From a virus (Duplodnaviria > Caudoviricetes): a stretch of 41,550 bases of DNA. How positions within the stretch are numbered: position 1 is the first letter of the stretch; the number at the start of each line of letters is the position of its first letter. The stretch is taken from positions 1-41,550 of IMG/VR virus record IMGVR_UViG_3300037991_000803; one strand, given 5' to 3'. A program made the translations under genes and the position numbers. Shown here piece by piece: positions 24,576 to 35,232 of this stretch. The notes under the pieces were generated by a model. It saw nothing but the letters and a program-made list of their open reading frames with translations. It was not told the origin of the DNA and ran no database searches.

Positions 24576-24886
24576 TGGCTTTTGCATCCGGAAAATACGC
24601 ATACGGAATTTGTGACATATCTGGTTTCCGTTACAAATTAAAAGACATGCGTAAAACCTGGGATGGTTTGTTAGTTGGACCAGATCAGTGGGATCCAAAA
24701 CACCCACAACTTATGCCTAAACCATCGACACAAGATCCGCAAGCTCTTAAAGATGCACGACCAGACAAAGCAGACGATAATTCAAAATTTTTGGTTTATA
24801 CAAATGTTGGCGATGGCAAACTAGGATCTGTACTAGACACATTTTCTATCACAACCAGCGTTGGCGAGGTTACAATAACAACATGA
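24575..24886 (+). CDS. Hypothetical tail-associated protein
   Basis: ICDISGFRY, WDPKHPQ, coupled to neighbours. Confidence 0.7.
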   Translation: MAFASGKYAYGICDISGFRYKLKDMRKTWDGLLVGPDQWDPKHPQLMPKPSTQDPQALKDARPDKADDNSKFLVYTNVGDGKLGSVLDTFSITTSVGEVTITT

Positions 24887-25527
24887 GTTTTACATACGGC
24901 ACACTAAAAACAGCAATACAAGATTACTTGGAAGTTTCTGAGTCAACCTTTACAACTCAGTTGCCTACATTTATTACTCAAGCAGAAGATCGTATCTTTT
25001 CTTTTGTGCAACTGCCAGAACAAAGAAAAAACGTCCAGGGCACTTTGACTACTGGAAACAGATTCCTGGCAACACCAACAGATTTTTATACACCAATGAG
25101 CTTGGCTATTATCAGCTCTGATACTTACGATTACTTAGATTTTAAACATCCGTCGTTCATCAAAGAATATTCTTCTGGAACGACTAGATCGACACCAAAA
25201 TATTATTCTTTATTTGATGAAGCAGCTTTTGAGATCTCACCCATACCGGATGCAGATTACACTGTTGAGCTTCATTATTTACATAAACCAGTATCTCTCA
25301 CAAATGGTAGTGACAGCGGTACATCATTCTTATCCACGGATTATCCAGACGCTTTGTTGTATGGATCCTTGGTAGAAGGTGCTATTTTTCTTAAAGAACC
25401 AGCTGACGTCATTGCCCAGCTTGAGGGTAGATTTAAGGAGGCGGTAGCTAGAATGAAAAATGTTTCAGAAGGTCGTGGCACACGCGACGAATATCGATAT
25501 GATTCAGTCCGCTCTAATGTGAGCTAA
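24883..25527 (+). CDS. Putative head-tail adaptor paralogue
   Basis: LKTAIQDYLE, PKYY, PIPDADYTVELHY, LLYGSLVE. Confidence 0.65.
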   Translation: MSFTYGTLKTAIQDYLEVSESTFTTQLPTFITQAEDRIFSFVQLPEQRKNVQGTLTTGNRFLATPTDFYTPMSLAIISSDTYDYLDFKHPSFIKEYSSGTTRSTPKYYSLFDEAAFEISPIPDADYTVELHYLHKPVSLTNGSDSGTSFLSTDYPDALLYGSLVEGAIFLKEPADVIAQLEGRFKEAVARMKNVSEGRGTRDEYRYDSVRSNVS

Positions 25528-26246
25528 TGAGTCGCATAGAGCATTTAGAAGGTAAAACAGTTGCAATAATAGGCTTGGGTGTGTCACAAGTTGATTTTGC
25601 TATTGGCTTAGAAAATAGCCGAGAATGGGACGAAGTTTGGTGTATTAACTCAGCAGGTCTTGTTTATCCAGCTGACAGAATATTTGCATTAGATCCAGCA
25701 AGTAGATTTTTTGACAGTAACGATGCAGGTAAACAAACAGAGGCCATGAAAAAACTTATGGCTACCTCAGACGTACCCATATACACATGCGAATTAGATC
25801 CTCGTATCAAAAATGCTGTTAGATACCCGGTTGAAGAAGTTTGCAATGAAACCAAATGCGCCTATATGAACACAACTGTAGCTTTTGCTATAGCCTTTGC
25901 TTTGTTCAACAAAGTAGGTCGTATAGATCTATTTGGCATAGATTTTTCATATAAAGAAAACATGCACTTTGCAGAAGCAGGCAGAGCTTGTGTAGAGTTC
26001 TGGATCAGCAAATGTATGAGTGAAGATATCATCGTTGGTATTAGCGGTAGATCTACAGTATTAGATTCTAACGTGCCAGCAACAGAAAAACTCTATGGCT
26101 TTCATAGACTTGAAAAACCTCTAGTCGCAGTGCCGCATGAAGGTAGATTTATTATTGGGCCATTCGATGAAATAAATCAACAGTTAGAAGAACATGGTTT
26201 AAAAATCAACGAAGATGTTGTGCCACCGGAGCCATATAAGGGATAA
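25527..26246 (+). CDS. Rossmann-like protein, possibly glycosyltransferase/DUF115-like
   Basis: VAIIGLG, DEVWCIN, TVAFAIAFA, IDLFGIDF. Confidence 0.5.
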   Translation: MSRIEHLEGKTVAIIGLGVSQVDFAIGLENSREWDEVWCINSAGLVYPADRIFALDPASRFFDSNDAGKQTEAMKKLMATSDVPIYTCELDPRIKNAVRYPVEEVCNETKCAYMNTTVAFAIAFALFNKVGRIDLFGIDFSYKENMHFAEAGRACVEFWISKCMSEDIIVGISGRSTVLDSNVPATEKLYGFHRLEKPLVAVPHEGRFIIGPFDEINQQLEEHGLKINEDVVPPEPYKG

Positions 26247-26248
26247 TT

Positions 26249-26536
26249 ATGAGTGTAGAAAGCGATTTTGTACTCGGTAAAGTTGAAGTTCATTCAACAG
26301 AAAACAAGGGCCATGACGCAGAATTTTGGGCCGCACAAGCAACTAAGAAAATTGTAGACATTTCTGACAATGCTCCCGAGCATGTCAAACAACAAGCTGT
26401 AGCTTTTCAAAACCAAGTTTATACTGTAATCTTATATACTATAAAAAATGCGATTAAGTCGCAAAATACGACTTACTCAAATTTGTTAAGAGAACAGGGC
26501 CATGAAGACATGGCTAAAATATTAAAGGAGCTATAA
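26249..26536 (+). CDS. Hypothetical protein
   Basis: 95 aa, TAATG-coupled. Confidence 0.7.
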   Translation: MSVESDFVLGKVEVHSTENKGHDAEFWAAQATKKIVDISDNAPEHVKQQAVAFQNQVYTVILYTIKNAIKSQNTTYSNLLREQGHEDMAKILKEL

Positions 26537-26961
26537 TGGCAATTACATCGGCAATATGTACAAGTTTCAAACAAGAGTTACTTGTTGAAGGGCATAATTT
26601 TACTAATGGAGCTGACTCGTTCAAATTAGCTCTGTACACAAGTTCTGCTACTTTAGGCGCTGGCACAACAGCATTTGTAACTACAGGACAAGCGAGTGGC
26701 ACAAACTACTCATCCGGCGGTAGTGCTTTAACAAATGTTACGCCAACAACTTCTGGAACAACAGCTATCGTTGACTTTGCAGATTTAACCTTTGGTACAG
26801 CTACTATTACAGCTAGAGGCTGTTTGATTTACAACACAAATAACTCAAACAAAGCTGTATGTGCGATTGATTTTGGAGGCGACAAAACATCAACCGCTGG
26901 TGATTTTACAATAGTCTTTCCTAGCGCTACGGCAACAGGAGCTATTATCAGATTGGCGTAA
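26536..26961 (+). CDS. Putative tail structural protein
   Basis: SFKQELL, FKLALYTS, ITARGCLIYN, DFGGDKTST. Confidence 0.7.
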   Translation: MAITSAICTSFKQELLVEGHNFTNGADSFKLALYTSSATLGAGTTAFVTTGQASGTNYSSGGSALTNVTPTTSGTTAIVDFADLTFGTATITARGCLIYNTNNSNKAVCAIDFGGDKTSTAGDFTIVFPSATATGAIIRLA

Positions 26962-26982
26962 GATTACAGCAGATGTTAGACT
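26953..26982 (+). promoter_or_regulatory. Possible promoter for a leaderless transcript
   Basis: TTGGCG - 18 bp - TAGACT with extended TG; ATG follows after a 6-nt gap with no SD. Confidence 0.45.
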
Positions 26983-26988
26983 CTGAAA

Positions 26989-28881
26989 ATGCCGCTGACC
27001 AAGTTAAACTTTAAACCAGGAATAAATAAAGAAGAAACCGATTACGCTAACGAAGGTGGATGGGTTGACGGCGATAAAATACGTTTTAGAAAAGGCCGAG
27101 TAGAAAAGATAGGTGGCTGGGAAAAGTTGTCCAGCGACACACTAATAGGATCTGCCAGGGCTTTACACTCTTGGATTTCATTAGGTGGTAGAAAATATCT
27201 TGGCATTGGGACCACCAACAAATATTACATAGAAGAAGGTGGCACATACAACGATGTTACACCTGTTCGTAAAAATACTACTAATGCTGCAACCTTTGCG
27301 GCCACCAATGGATCCTCTACGTTAACTGTTACAGATGCTGGTCACGGCGCTGTCAATGGTGATTTTGTAACTTTTTCTAGTGCCGTTTCTTTGGGCGGCA
27401 ATATCACCGCTGCTGTTATTAACCAAGAATACCAAATCAGTTTGGTTACAGGGACAAATACTTATGAAATTACTGCAAAAGATACTTCTGGATCTACAGT
27501 AACTGCTAATGCCAGTGATTCTGGTAATGGCGGCTCTGCAACAGATGCTGAGTATCTCATAAACTCTGGCTTAGATGTTTATGTGCCTTCAACCGGTTGG
27601 GGTGTTGGTACTTGGGGAGCTGGTTCGTGGGGATCTGCGACTGCTTTGTCAGATACAAACCAATTAAGATTATGGACACATGACAACTACGGAGAAAATT
27701 TAATCATCAATCCACGCGCAGGTGGTATTTATCGCTGGGTAGAAAACGATGGTTTGACAACACGCGCAGTTGAATTATCAGCTGTAAGTGGCGCTAATTT
27801 AGTGCCGACTAAAGCCTTACAAGTTATAACATCCGAAACAGATAGACATTTAATTGTTTTAGGAGCTGATCCGATTAGTGGTAGTTCGAGAACAGGCACC
27901 CTAGATCCTATGTTAATAGCTTTTAGTGACCAAGAAAATGAATTGCAATTTGAGCCATTAACAACTAATACCGCTGGTTCTTTACGATTATCTTCTGGTT
28001 CATCAATCGTAGGTGGTATAAAAGCTAGACAAGAGATACTTATTTGGACTGATACATCCTTGTATTCAATGAATTTTATAGGCCCACCACTTACTTTTGC
28101 GGTTAACCTTATTAATGAAGGTGCTGGTCTAATTGGACCTAAAGCTGCGGTAAATTCACCAAAAGGTGTTTTTTATATGTCGAAAAAAGGTTTTTATTAT
28201 TACAACGGCGCAGTGCAAAAACTACCTTGTTCAGTCCAGGACTACATTTTTTCAGACTTAGATGAAACACAAGCCTATAAATGTTTTGCTGGTCTGAATG
28301 AAGAGTTTTCTGAGATATGGTTTTTCTATCCATCATTAACAGACAATGAAACCGAAATATCTAGGTATGCTATTTACAACTACGAAGAAAATTCATGGAG
28401 CATTGGCTCTTTAGAGCGTTATAGTTGGTTGGCAGCCGGTGTTTTAGATAGACCTTTAGCAGCAGGCGAAGATTCCTCTACAAAATATATTTACGAACAT
28501 GAAAAAGGTTTTAACAACGATACTAGCTCAATGGATGGTGTCTTTATCGAGTCTGCTGATATTGATATAGCAGACGGCGATCGTTTTGTTTTCTTAAAAC
28601 GTATCTTGCCAGATATATTGTTTGTGAATGATGTTGGAACCAGTCAAGATCCAGCTATCAATGTAGTTGTTAAACGCAGAGATTTTAGTAATCAAACCTT
28701 ATCGACTGATTCAACCACACAAATTAAATCTACCAGCACTTTTGGATCTTTAAGATCTAGAGGCAGACAGTTTGTTTTACGTTTTGAAAGTGACGATGAT
28801 AACACTGAATCAGATAGAAAAAATTACAAATGGAGATTGGGTAATACTCGTGTAGAGATACAGCCATCTGGGAGAAGGTAA
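26989..28881 (+). CDS. Tail hub/nozzle protein (P22 gp10-like stabilisation protein)
   Basis: 630 aa beta-propeller-like; FKPGINKE, GWVDGDKIRFR, FSDQEN, ILIWTD, EIWFFYP. Confidence 0.7.
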   Translation: MPLTKLNFKPGINKEETDYANEGGWVDGDKIRFRKGRVEKIGGWEKLSSDTLIGSARALHSWISLGGRKYLGIGTTNKYYIEEGGTYNDVTPVRKNTTNAATFAATNGSSTLTVTDAGHGAVNGDFVTFSSAVSLGGNITAAVINQEYQISLVTGTNTYEITAKDTSGSTVTANASDSGNGGSATDAEYLINSGLDVYVPSTGWGVGTWGAGSWGSATALSDTNQLRLWTHDNYGENLIINPRAGGIYRWVENDGLTTRAVELSAVSGANLVPTKALQVITSETDRHLIVLGADPISGSSRTGTLDPMLIAFSDQENELQFEPLTTNTAGSLRLSSGSSIVGGIKARQEILIWTDTSLYSMNFIGPPLTFAVNLINEGAGLIGPKAAVNSPKGVFYMSKKGFYYYNGAVQKLPCSVQDYIFSDLDETQAYKCFAGLNEEFSEIWFFYPSLTDNETEISRYAIYNYEENSWSIGSLERYSWLAAGVLDRPLAAGEDSSTKYIYEHEKGFNNDTSSMDGVFIESADIDIADGDRFVFLKRILPDILFVNDVGTSQDPAINVVVKRRDFSNQTLSTDSTTQIKSTSTFGSLRSRGRQFVLRFESDDDNTESDRKNYKWRLGNTRVEIQPSGRR

Positions 28882-29193
28882 ATGAGCAAATTATTGCCAA
28901 CAAATCTTCCGTTTGCATCTGGCGATACAGTTTCTGCTGAAACTTTCAACAGACTTATCAGAATTTTAGAAATAAACCTAGGATCTGTTGATCCAAATGC
29001 CATACAAGTATTTAATTCTACAGAGCTTAGTGAATTGCAATTTGCTACTGGAGCGATTATATTTAACACTACGACAGAGGTTCATCAAGCCTTTGATGGT
29101 ACAGAGTTTAGGAATCTGTATGAACATCAAACTTACTTGACTGGATTATCTGCTACAATGAGTATAGGTAGTGTGACAGTGAGTACACCATGA
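28882..29193 (+). CDS. Hypothetical tail-associated protein
   Basis: FNRLIRILEINL, GAIIFNTT. Confidence 0.7.
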   Translation: MSKLLPTNLPFASGDTVSAETFNRLIRILEINLGSVDPNAIQVFNSTELSELQFATGAIIFNTTTEVHQAFDGTEFRNLYEHQTYLTGLSATMSIGSVTVSTP

Positions 29194-31013
29194 GTGCATT
29201 AGAAGACAGTTTAAAACGAGTTTATAAATTACCATTTCGAGGTGCTGGAAAAGCAGCAGATATGATGCAACAGGCACAAGCCATGCCACAAATGCAAAAT
29301 ATGGATCCCGGATTTTTAGTATCACCAGAAGGAGGATTCCAAGGTAACATGGATCCTGGTTTTTTAGTAGCACCAGAAGGAGGATTCCAAGGTAATATGG
29401 ATTCCGGATTTTTAGTCAATCCATCGACAGCTATGCCGAATGATAAAGATCCATTGGATGAAATGGACGAGGAAACCAGGCAAAGATTACAAGATCTACT
29501 TGGCAAAGCAGAACAAAAAGCATCCGCTCCTTTGGCACCTCTTGCAGAAGAATTAAAAGCTCTAGGCACTGGTGAAGATACGCAGCTTGCACATTTACGT
29601 CCAGGTGAAGTGGTTATACCACCAGAGTTTTTGGATGATAGTAAATTTGAAAGTGCCCTAGAAAAGAAATTCAAAGAGTTCAACATCAACCCAGAAGAAG
29701 CTGTTGTCGGTTTAGGTATAGCTAGTTTGAACCCACAAACAGGCTTGGAAGAATTTGGTTTTTTCAAAAAAATAGGTAAAGCAATCAAAAAGGTCGCTAA
29801 GAAGATAGCGCCTGTAGCCGGACCATTAGCAAACTTTATACCTGGAGTTGGGCCAGTTCTAGCTGGTGCGATTGGTGCTGCAACAAATGTTGTTGGCGGC
29901 AAAGGATTAAAAGGAGCTCTATCTGGAGCACTAGGCGGTTATGGCGCAGGCAAACTTATGGGCGGTATCGGTGGACTTGGTGGCGGTGCTAAAGCTGCAA
30001 CAAGTGGCGGCGGTGGCGGACTCGGTGGCTTCTTTAGTAGAGCAAAAGAGTTTGTGTTACCGGGACAGGACAAAGTTGGTTTATTTGGCAATATTGGTAA
30101 AGGCATTGGTAATTTACTTGGCGCAGAAGCACCAGTTTACGATCCAGCGACCGGACAAATGACCGGTGGTAACATGTTTGGACGTATTGGCGAATTTATA
30201 ATGCCTGGACAAGATGAAAAAGGTCTATTTAAAAATTTAGGTTTGTTTGGCGGTGGCCAACAACAACAAGTTTTATATGACGCACAAGGCAATCCAGTTC
30301 AAGTCGGCGGCGGTGGCAACTTCCTAAGTAATTTATTAGGCGGCGGCGGCGGCGGTTTATTAGGCGGCGGCGGCGGTGGCGGTATGTCACCTCTTGGTAT
30401 GTTGGGCATTGGTGGATTGGCTGCTGGTTTAGGCAAACTAGCTTACGAAGACGCTAAAAAACAAACAGGTGTACCTTTAACACCACTGACAACCATGAGC
30501 CCTACAGGTAGATACAATATCGAAGCAGAGATAGCTAGAAGAATGGGCCAGCAAGCACCAAACCCTGTTGAGTTCGGTTTATTGCCGCAAGGCACTTTAC
30601 CAGAGTTATCTGGAGGTAAACCAGCAGGCATGATGTATGGTGGCGCTGTAGAGGATCTACAAGGCGGTATGGCTCCTGGCATGATGTACGGCGGACCAGT
30701 TATGGCCTACGCTCAAGGTGGCGCTGTTGCTATGCAAGAAGGCGGTGAATTAGATCCTAGCCAATTTCCTAGAATGGATGGCGACATAAATGGCCCAGGC
30801 ACGGAAACAAGTGACGATATACCAGCCATGTTATCAGATGGTGAGTTTGTAATGACCGGCAGGGCTGTAAGAGGCGCTGGTTCTTACGACATGGAGATGG
30901 ATCAAAAAGGCATAATCAGTTTGGTTCCTAATTTCGAGGAAGATAGAGAAAGAGGAATGGATCTTATGTACAAGATGATGGATGCTTTTTCAAATAATGC
31001 TCAACCGAGTTAA
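29190..31013 (+). CDS. Putative internal virion/ejection protein
   Basis: [28 protein letters not shown], Gly-rich hydrophobic region, [20 protein letters not shown]. Confidence 0.65.
   Translation: MSALEDSLKRVYKLPFRGAGKAADMMQQAQAMPQMQNMDPGFLVSPEGGFQGNMDPGFLVAPEGGFQGNMDSGFLVNPSTAMPNDKDPLDEMDEETRQRLQDLLGKAEQKASAPLAPLAEELKALGTGEDTQLAHLRPGEVVIPPEFLDDSKFESALEKKFKEFNINPEEAVVGLGIASLNPQTGLEEFGFFKKIGKAIKKVAKKIAPVAGPLANFIPGVGPVLAGAIGAATNVVGGKGLKGALSGALGGYGAGKLMGGIGGLGGGAKAATSGGGGGLGGFFSRAKEFVLPGQDKVGLFGNIGKGIGNLLGAEAPVYDPATGQMTGGNMFGRIGEFIMPGQDEKGLFKNLGLFGGGQQQQVLYDAQGNPVQVGGGGNFLSNLLGGGGGGLLGGGGGGGMSPLGMLGIGGLAAGLGKLAYEDAKKQTGVPLTPLTTMSPTGRYNIEAEIARRMGQQAPNPVEFGLLPQGTLPELSGGKPAGMMYGGAVEDLQGGMAPGMMYGGPVMAYAQGGAVAMQEGGELDPSQFPRMDGDINGPGTETSDDIPAMLSDGEFVMTGRAVRGAGSYDMEMDQKGIISLVPNFEEDRERGMDLMYKMMDAFSNNAQPS
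29298..29420 (+). repeat. 48-bp coding tandem repeat, about 2.5 copies ([16 protein letters not shown])
   Basis: Copies start at 29298, 29346 and 29394. Confidence 0.85.
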
Positions 31014-31015
31014 AA

Positions 31016-34000
31016 ATGAGGATCCCAAATTTTAGACTGCCAAGATCTTTGGGCAATATTAAAAAAATATCTCTTCCTTCTGCTCCAAAAAAAATACCAA
31101 CTCCAGCAAAACCTATTGCAAGACCTAAACCTATTGCCAAGCCAATAGCTAGAAAACCAATACCAAGGCCAAAACCGATTGTAAGAAAACCAATCGCAAA
31201 ACCTGTACCGAAGCCAATCGCAAGGCCAAAACCTATCGCTAAACCTAAACCAATAGTGAGAAAGCCAATAGCAAGACCAGCACCTAAACCAATACCAAAA
31301 CCTAGGCCAAAACCAAAACCAATACCAAGGCCTAAACCGATTGCAAAACCCAAACCAAAGCCAATACCTAAACCAAAACCTATACCTAAACCTATTGCTA
31401 GGCCAAAGCCAATAGCAAAACCCGTACCAAAACCAAAACCGAAACCTGTACCGAAGCCAAAGCCGATTGCAAAGCCAATACCTAGACCTAGGCCTAAACC
31501 CGTGCCCAAGCCAATAGCAAAACCAAAACCAAAGCCAATACCTAAACCGGTACCAAAGCCAATTGCTAGGCCGAAACCCGTACCGAAACCTAAACCGGTT
31601 CCAAGGCCTAAACCGAAGCCAATAGTTAAACCCAAGCCTATCGCTAGACCTAAACCGATTGCAAAACCGGTTCCTAAACCTAAACCAAAGCCGAAGCCAA
31701 TTGCTAGGCCAAGGCCGGTGCCAAAACCTATTGCAAAACCAAAACCGGTACTCAAACCTATTGCAAAGCCAGCTCCTAAACCTATTGCAAGACCAAAGCC
31801 TAAACCAATAGCGAAGCCAGCTCCTAAACCAGTTATTAAACCCAAACCAGTACCGAAACCAATAACAAAACCGGTACCTAAACCTAGACCAATTGAGAAG
31901 AGTATGCCAATATCTAATCCTATGAGAAGAAGTTTACCGAGATCAATAAGAGATATAGAACCTAGAGGCCCTCGTGTTGGTCTTGCGCCACCAAAAATGC
32001 CGATTAGAAAACCTATGCCAATGCCAAAAAAAATAGATCTCATGCCCAAGGTAAGTCCATTACCGAAGCAACCTTTACCTATCAAACCAATGCCAAAAAT
32101 AGGTAGACCAGTACAAGTGCCAAAACCACAACCAATACAAAGACCTATAGCGCAACCTTTGCCAATCAAAGGTCCAGGCGGGCAGCCAATAAGAATACCA
32201 GAGCCAATTGATCTCATGCCAAAGGTAGATCCAATTATGAGAGCTTTGCCTATGCCAATGCCACCTGTATTACCAAAATTACCAATACAGCCACCAACAA
32301 AAAGGCCAATACCTCCTATTTCTATAGGTGGCCTAGGTGGAGGTAATATAGATGTCGGTGGTCCAGCACTTCCACCTGCTCCTCCAAGATTAGATCCCAT
32401 AAAGTCAGCAGCAATGCCAGTAGAAGATATGGTCATAAATGAACCTCCAGTAACAAATATGTTGGCTAAATTACCTGGAACACCTCCGGTATTAAATATA
32501 CCGGGCAGAGTGCCAGAAGCAAGAATAGCGGAACCGGGCATAAGTTATGATCCTATTGAGCCTTTACCAATGCCGTCAATTCCTAGAGAGCCAATGCCAA
32601 TAATACCGGCAGATATTCCTAGTCGTATTTCTGGGCCTATGGCTGGACCAAAAGAAAGAATTGATATAGCGCAACCTATTGGCGCTCCTGGCTTCAAAAA
32701 ACCAGATTTACCGCCGTTAGAAAATTTGCCAGCATTACCAAAAATGCCCGAACTACCACCAAGAAGAAACGATTTTATGTCAATCGGCGGACCAGGTGGA
32801 GGTAAACCAGATCCTAGATTAGATCCTCTTAACGCGGTTGACAGTTTAGGCGTACCTATATTTGGTGGTAAAGAAGATTTAATGATGCCTCCAGAAGGTG
32901 CAAGAGCACCACTTATTGATCCACGAGATCAAATCAGACCAACAGAAATAATTACTCCAGATGGTCAAATTATAGGACCAGCAGGAAGATTTGAAGACGT
33001 TGCAGGACCTGTAGGCAGTGGACCAGCAGGACCTTTACCAGATCCAGTGGGAGCTCCTGTATCAAGTGGACCAGCAGCGCCTTTACCAGATCCAGTGGGA
33101 GCTCCTGTAGGATCTCCTGTAGCACAAGGATCTCCAGATGCAATAGCAGAACCTTTACCAAGTATTAATTTACCGCCAGACGTACAAGTGCAAGAAGCAC
33201 CACCACCTCCACAATCTACTACAGAAGTTGCACCAGCAGGCCAAGAAGGCGATAATGTAGGAAGTTTAGGAGGCAATATGCAATCACAAAATCCATACGC
33301 ATCTGGCATTAGACAAGTCGCTAGTGGTTTAGATCCACTAACCGAACAGTTATTGTTTGGTATCGGTGGTCAAGGCGGATTTATTCCAGGAGCTATGAGG
33401 GCTGCTGAGAAGGCATTTTATGATGAAGAAGGCAATCCTATTGTCATTGAAGAACAAGTAGCTGGTTTTAGCCCAGATCAACTTGCAGCCATGCAAATGC
33501 AAAGAGAATCAGTTGGTTTGCAAGATCCTTTCTTAGATGAAGCGGCCGGCGCTTACGGCAGAGGAACGAAAGCTCTTGAAGAAGGTTTACAAAGAGGTAG
33601 AACAGCTGCAATAGGTGCATTAGAAGCAACTAAAGGTGGCGTTGGCGCTTTACAAAGTGGTTTAGGTGAGTCAGCTGACATTTTAAGAGGAACCATGGGC
33701 GGTTATGATCCAAGCATGACCGAACAATTCTACAATCCTTTTGAAGATCGTGTCGTACAACAAACCATAGAAGATGTTATGGAACAAGGCGCTAAATCTG
33801 ATATTGGTGCTTTGGCTGGTGATATTGCCAGAGGAGGACAATCTGCATTTGGTTCTAGAGCTCGTCTAGGCGCTTCTGAGCGTCAAGAAGCACTTGGTAG
33901 AGGTTTAGCAGAGGCATTGAGTGGAATACGTTCTAGAGGCTTCTCTGAGGCTCAACAGACAGGTTTAAGTGAATTTGCACGACAAAAGGGACAAGAAAGC

Positions 34001-34450
34001 AATGTAGCATCTGGTTTAGCTGGTTTAGCTGGCCAAGGATTTGGTGGATCTCAAGCATTAGCAGGTGCCTTGAGTGGATTAGGTCAAACCGAACAAAACA
34101 TAGGCCAACAAAGATATGGTGGCCAATTTGGTTTAGGATCTAGTTTACAAGGTCTTGGCGCGCAAAGAGCAGGCGCTTCTGCATCTGACATAGCTGCTTT
34201 ATATGGCATGGGAACACAACAACAAGGCTTGAATCAGCAAATGTTAGACGCAAGACGTAGAAATCTACAACAAAGACAAATGACTCCATTAATGCAATAT
34301 CAAGCATTGGCACCATTTGTAAGCATGGCGCCAGCTGGACAATTCCAAACAATAACTGATTTTTCACCAAGACCTAGTGCAATGATGACTGGTATAGGAA
34401 CAGGTTTACAAGCATTTGGCTCTTTGGGTAATTTGTATGGAGGCGGTTAA
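31016..34450 (+). CDS. Putative ejection/pilot protein with long Lys-Pro and Pro-rich N-terminal region
   Basis: Uninterrupted 1144-aa ORF; C-terminal [25 protein letters not shown], Gly/Gln-rich helices. Confidence 0.75.
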   Translation: MRIPNFRLPRSLGNIKKISLPSAPKKIPTPAKPIARPKPIAKPIARKPIPRPKPIVRKPIAKPVPKPIARPKPIAKPKPIVRKPIARPAPKPIPKPRPKPKPIPRPKPIAKPKPKPIPKPKPIPKPIARPKPIAKPVPKPKPKPVPKPKPIAKPIPRPRPKPVPKPIAKPKPKPIPKPVPKPIARPKPVPKPKPVPRPKPKPIVKPKPIARPKPIAKPVPKPKPKPKPIARPRPVPKPIAKPKPVLKPIAKPAPKPIARPKPKPIAKPAPKPVIKPKPVPKPITKPVPKPRPIEKSMPISNPMRRSLPRSIRDIEPRGPRVGLAPPKMPIRKPMPMPKKIDLMPKVSPLPKQPLPIKPMPKIGRPVQVPKPQPIQRPIAQPLPIKGPGGQPIRIPEPIDLMPKVDPIMRALPMPMPPVLPKLPIQPPTKRPIPPISIGGLGGGNIDVGGPALPPAPPRLDPIKSAAMPVEDMVINEPPVTNMLAKLPGTPPVLNIPGRVPEARIAEPGISYDPIEPLPMPSIPREPMPIIPADIPSRISGPMAGPKERIDIAQPIGAPGFKKPDLPPLENLPALPKMPELPPRRNDFMSIGGPGGGKPDPRLDPLNAVDSLGVPIFGGKEDLMMPPEGARAPLIDPRDQIRPTEIITPDGQIIGPAGRFEDVAGPVGSGPAGPLPDPVGAPVSSGPAAPLPDPVGAPVGSPVAQGSPDAIAEPLPSINLPPDVQVQEAPPPPQSTTEVAPAGQEGDNVGSLGGNMQSQNPYASGIRQVASGLDPLTEQLLFGIGGQGGFIPGAMRAAEKAFYDEEGNPIVIEEQVAGFSPDQLAAMQMQRESVGLQDPFLDEAAGAYGRGTKALEEGLQRGRTAAIGALEATKGGVGALQSGLGESADILRGTMGGYDPSMTEQFYNPFEDRVVQQTIEDVMEQGAKSDIGALAGDIARGGQSAFGSRARLGASERQEALGRGLAEALSGIRSRGFSEAQQTGLSEFARQKGQESNVASGLAGLAGQGFGGSQALAGALSGLGQTEQNIGQQRYGGQFGLGSSLQGLGAQRAGASASDIAALYGMGTQQQGLNQQMLDARRRNLQQRQMTPLMQYQALAPFVSMAPAGQFQTITDFSPRPSAMMTGIGTGLQAFGSLGNLYGGG
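31094..31900 (+). repeat. Low-complexity (KP)n/PIA[KR]P peptide repeat
   Basis: About 270 codons of almost only P, K, I, A, R, V with varied synonymous codons. Confidence 0.9.
33017..33112 (+). repeat. 48-bp coding tandem duplication ([16 protein letters not shown])
   Basis: Copies at 33017 and 33065. Confidence 0.8.
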
Positions 34451-35232
34451 TGGCTATCAGCAGAGCGCAAATACCAGAACAGATAGATGTTTTTGAAGAA
34501 GGCGGAGGCGCAACATTAGATCCTCAAACTATAATAGATCTTTATGGCGCTTTAGAATCGCCACCAATTACAGCGACAGATATTCAAACAGAAGCAGAAC
34601 AATTATCGAGCCTTTTTCCACAACCTCGTAAACAAAACATATTCGATTTAGCTTCATCTGTAGGTGCCGGTCTAGTAGGAGCAGCAGCTGATCCAAGAGG
34701 ATTGGGCGCTGGATTAACTGCTGGTTTCCAGGCTTTTAATGAAAGAGCAAACAAAATAAAAGCTGAAAGAGATGCTATTAAACAACAGGCAGCAATGTTG
34801 GCTTATCAGCAAGTGCAAGATAAAAGAAACCAACAACTTGAAACCTCAAAAGAAATTTTAGAGATGCAGTTTGAGCAAGCGTTAGAATCCGGTGGCGGTA
34901 TGTTTGAAGGCACATCTGTTGAAGCGGCTGCTTTAAATTATATTTTAAGAGCAGAGGCAAACCCAGCACTTAAAAATACACCAGAATATAAAATAGCTGT
35001 AGCGGTCGCCTCTAAACCAAGGACCAGTTTACAACAAACAGAAACAGGTACGATTCAAGTAGAAATTCCTGGTTTAGATATAGAAGAAATATTAGGAGAA
35101 AAAGCAATAACACCTCCATCTGAAATTGAAATTGGAGGAACTAAATGGGAATTTACTGGTAGAAGAGATGCTAACGGAGATCCTATTTACTCTGATGGCA
35201 AACAGGATAAAGTAATAAAACCGGGCACATAA
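34450..35232 (+). CDS. Putative ejection protein
   Basis: GGAGG SD; Gly/Ala hydrophobic helix plus coiled coil; position. Confidence 0.6.
   Translation: MAISRAQIPEQIDVFEEGGGATLDPQTIIDLYGALESPPITATDIQTEAEQLSSLFPQPRKQNIFDLASSVGAGLVGAAADPRGLGAGLTAGFQAFNERANKIKAERDAIKQQAAMLAYQQVQDKRNQQLETSKEILEMQFEQALESGGGMFEGTSVEAAALNYILRAEANPALKNTPEYKIAVAVASKPRTSLQQTETGTIQVEIPGLDIEEILGEKAITPPSEIEIGGTKWEFTGRRDANGDPIYSDGKQDKVIKPGT

Noticed and set aside
29298-29420. Repeat resembling a mini CRISPR array
   Set aside because: In-frame contiguous 48-bp coding repeats with no unique spacers and no cas genes
30339-30383. (GGC)n tracts as phase-variation sites
   Set aside because: Trinucleotide units encode poly-Gly, so slippage keeps the frame
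30964-32541. 525-aa minus-strand Gly-rich ORF
   Set aside because: Shadow of the Pro/Lys codons on the + strand; no SD or independent features
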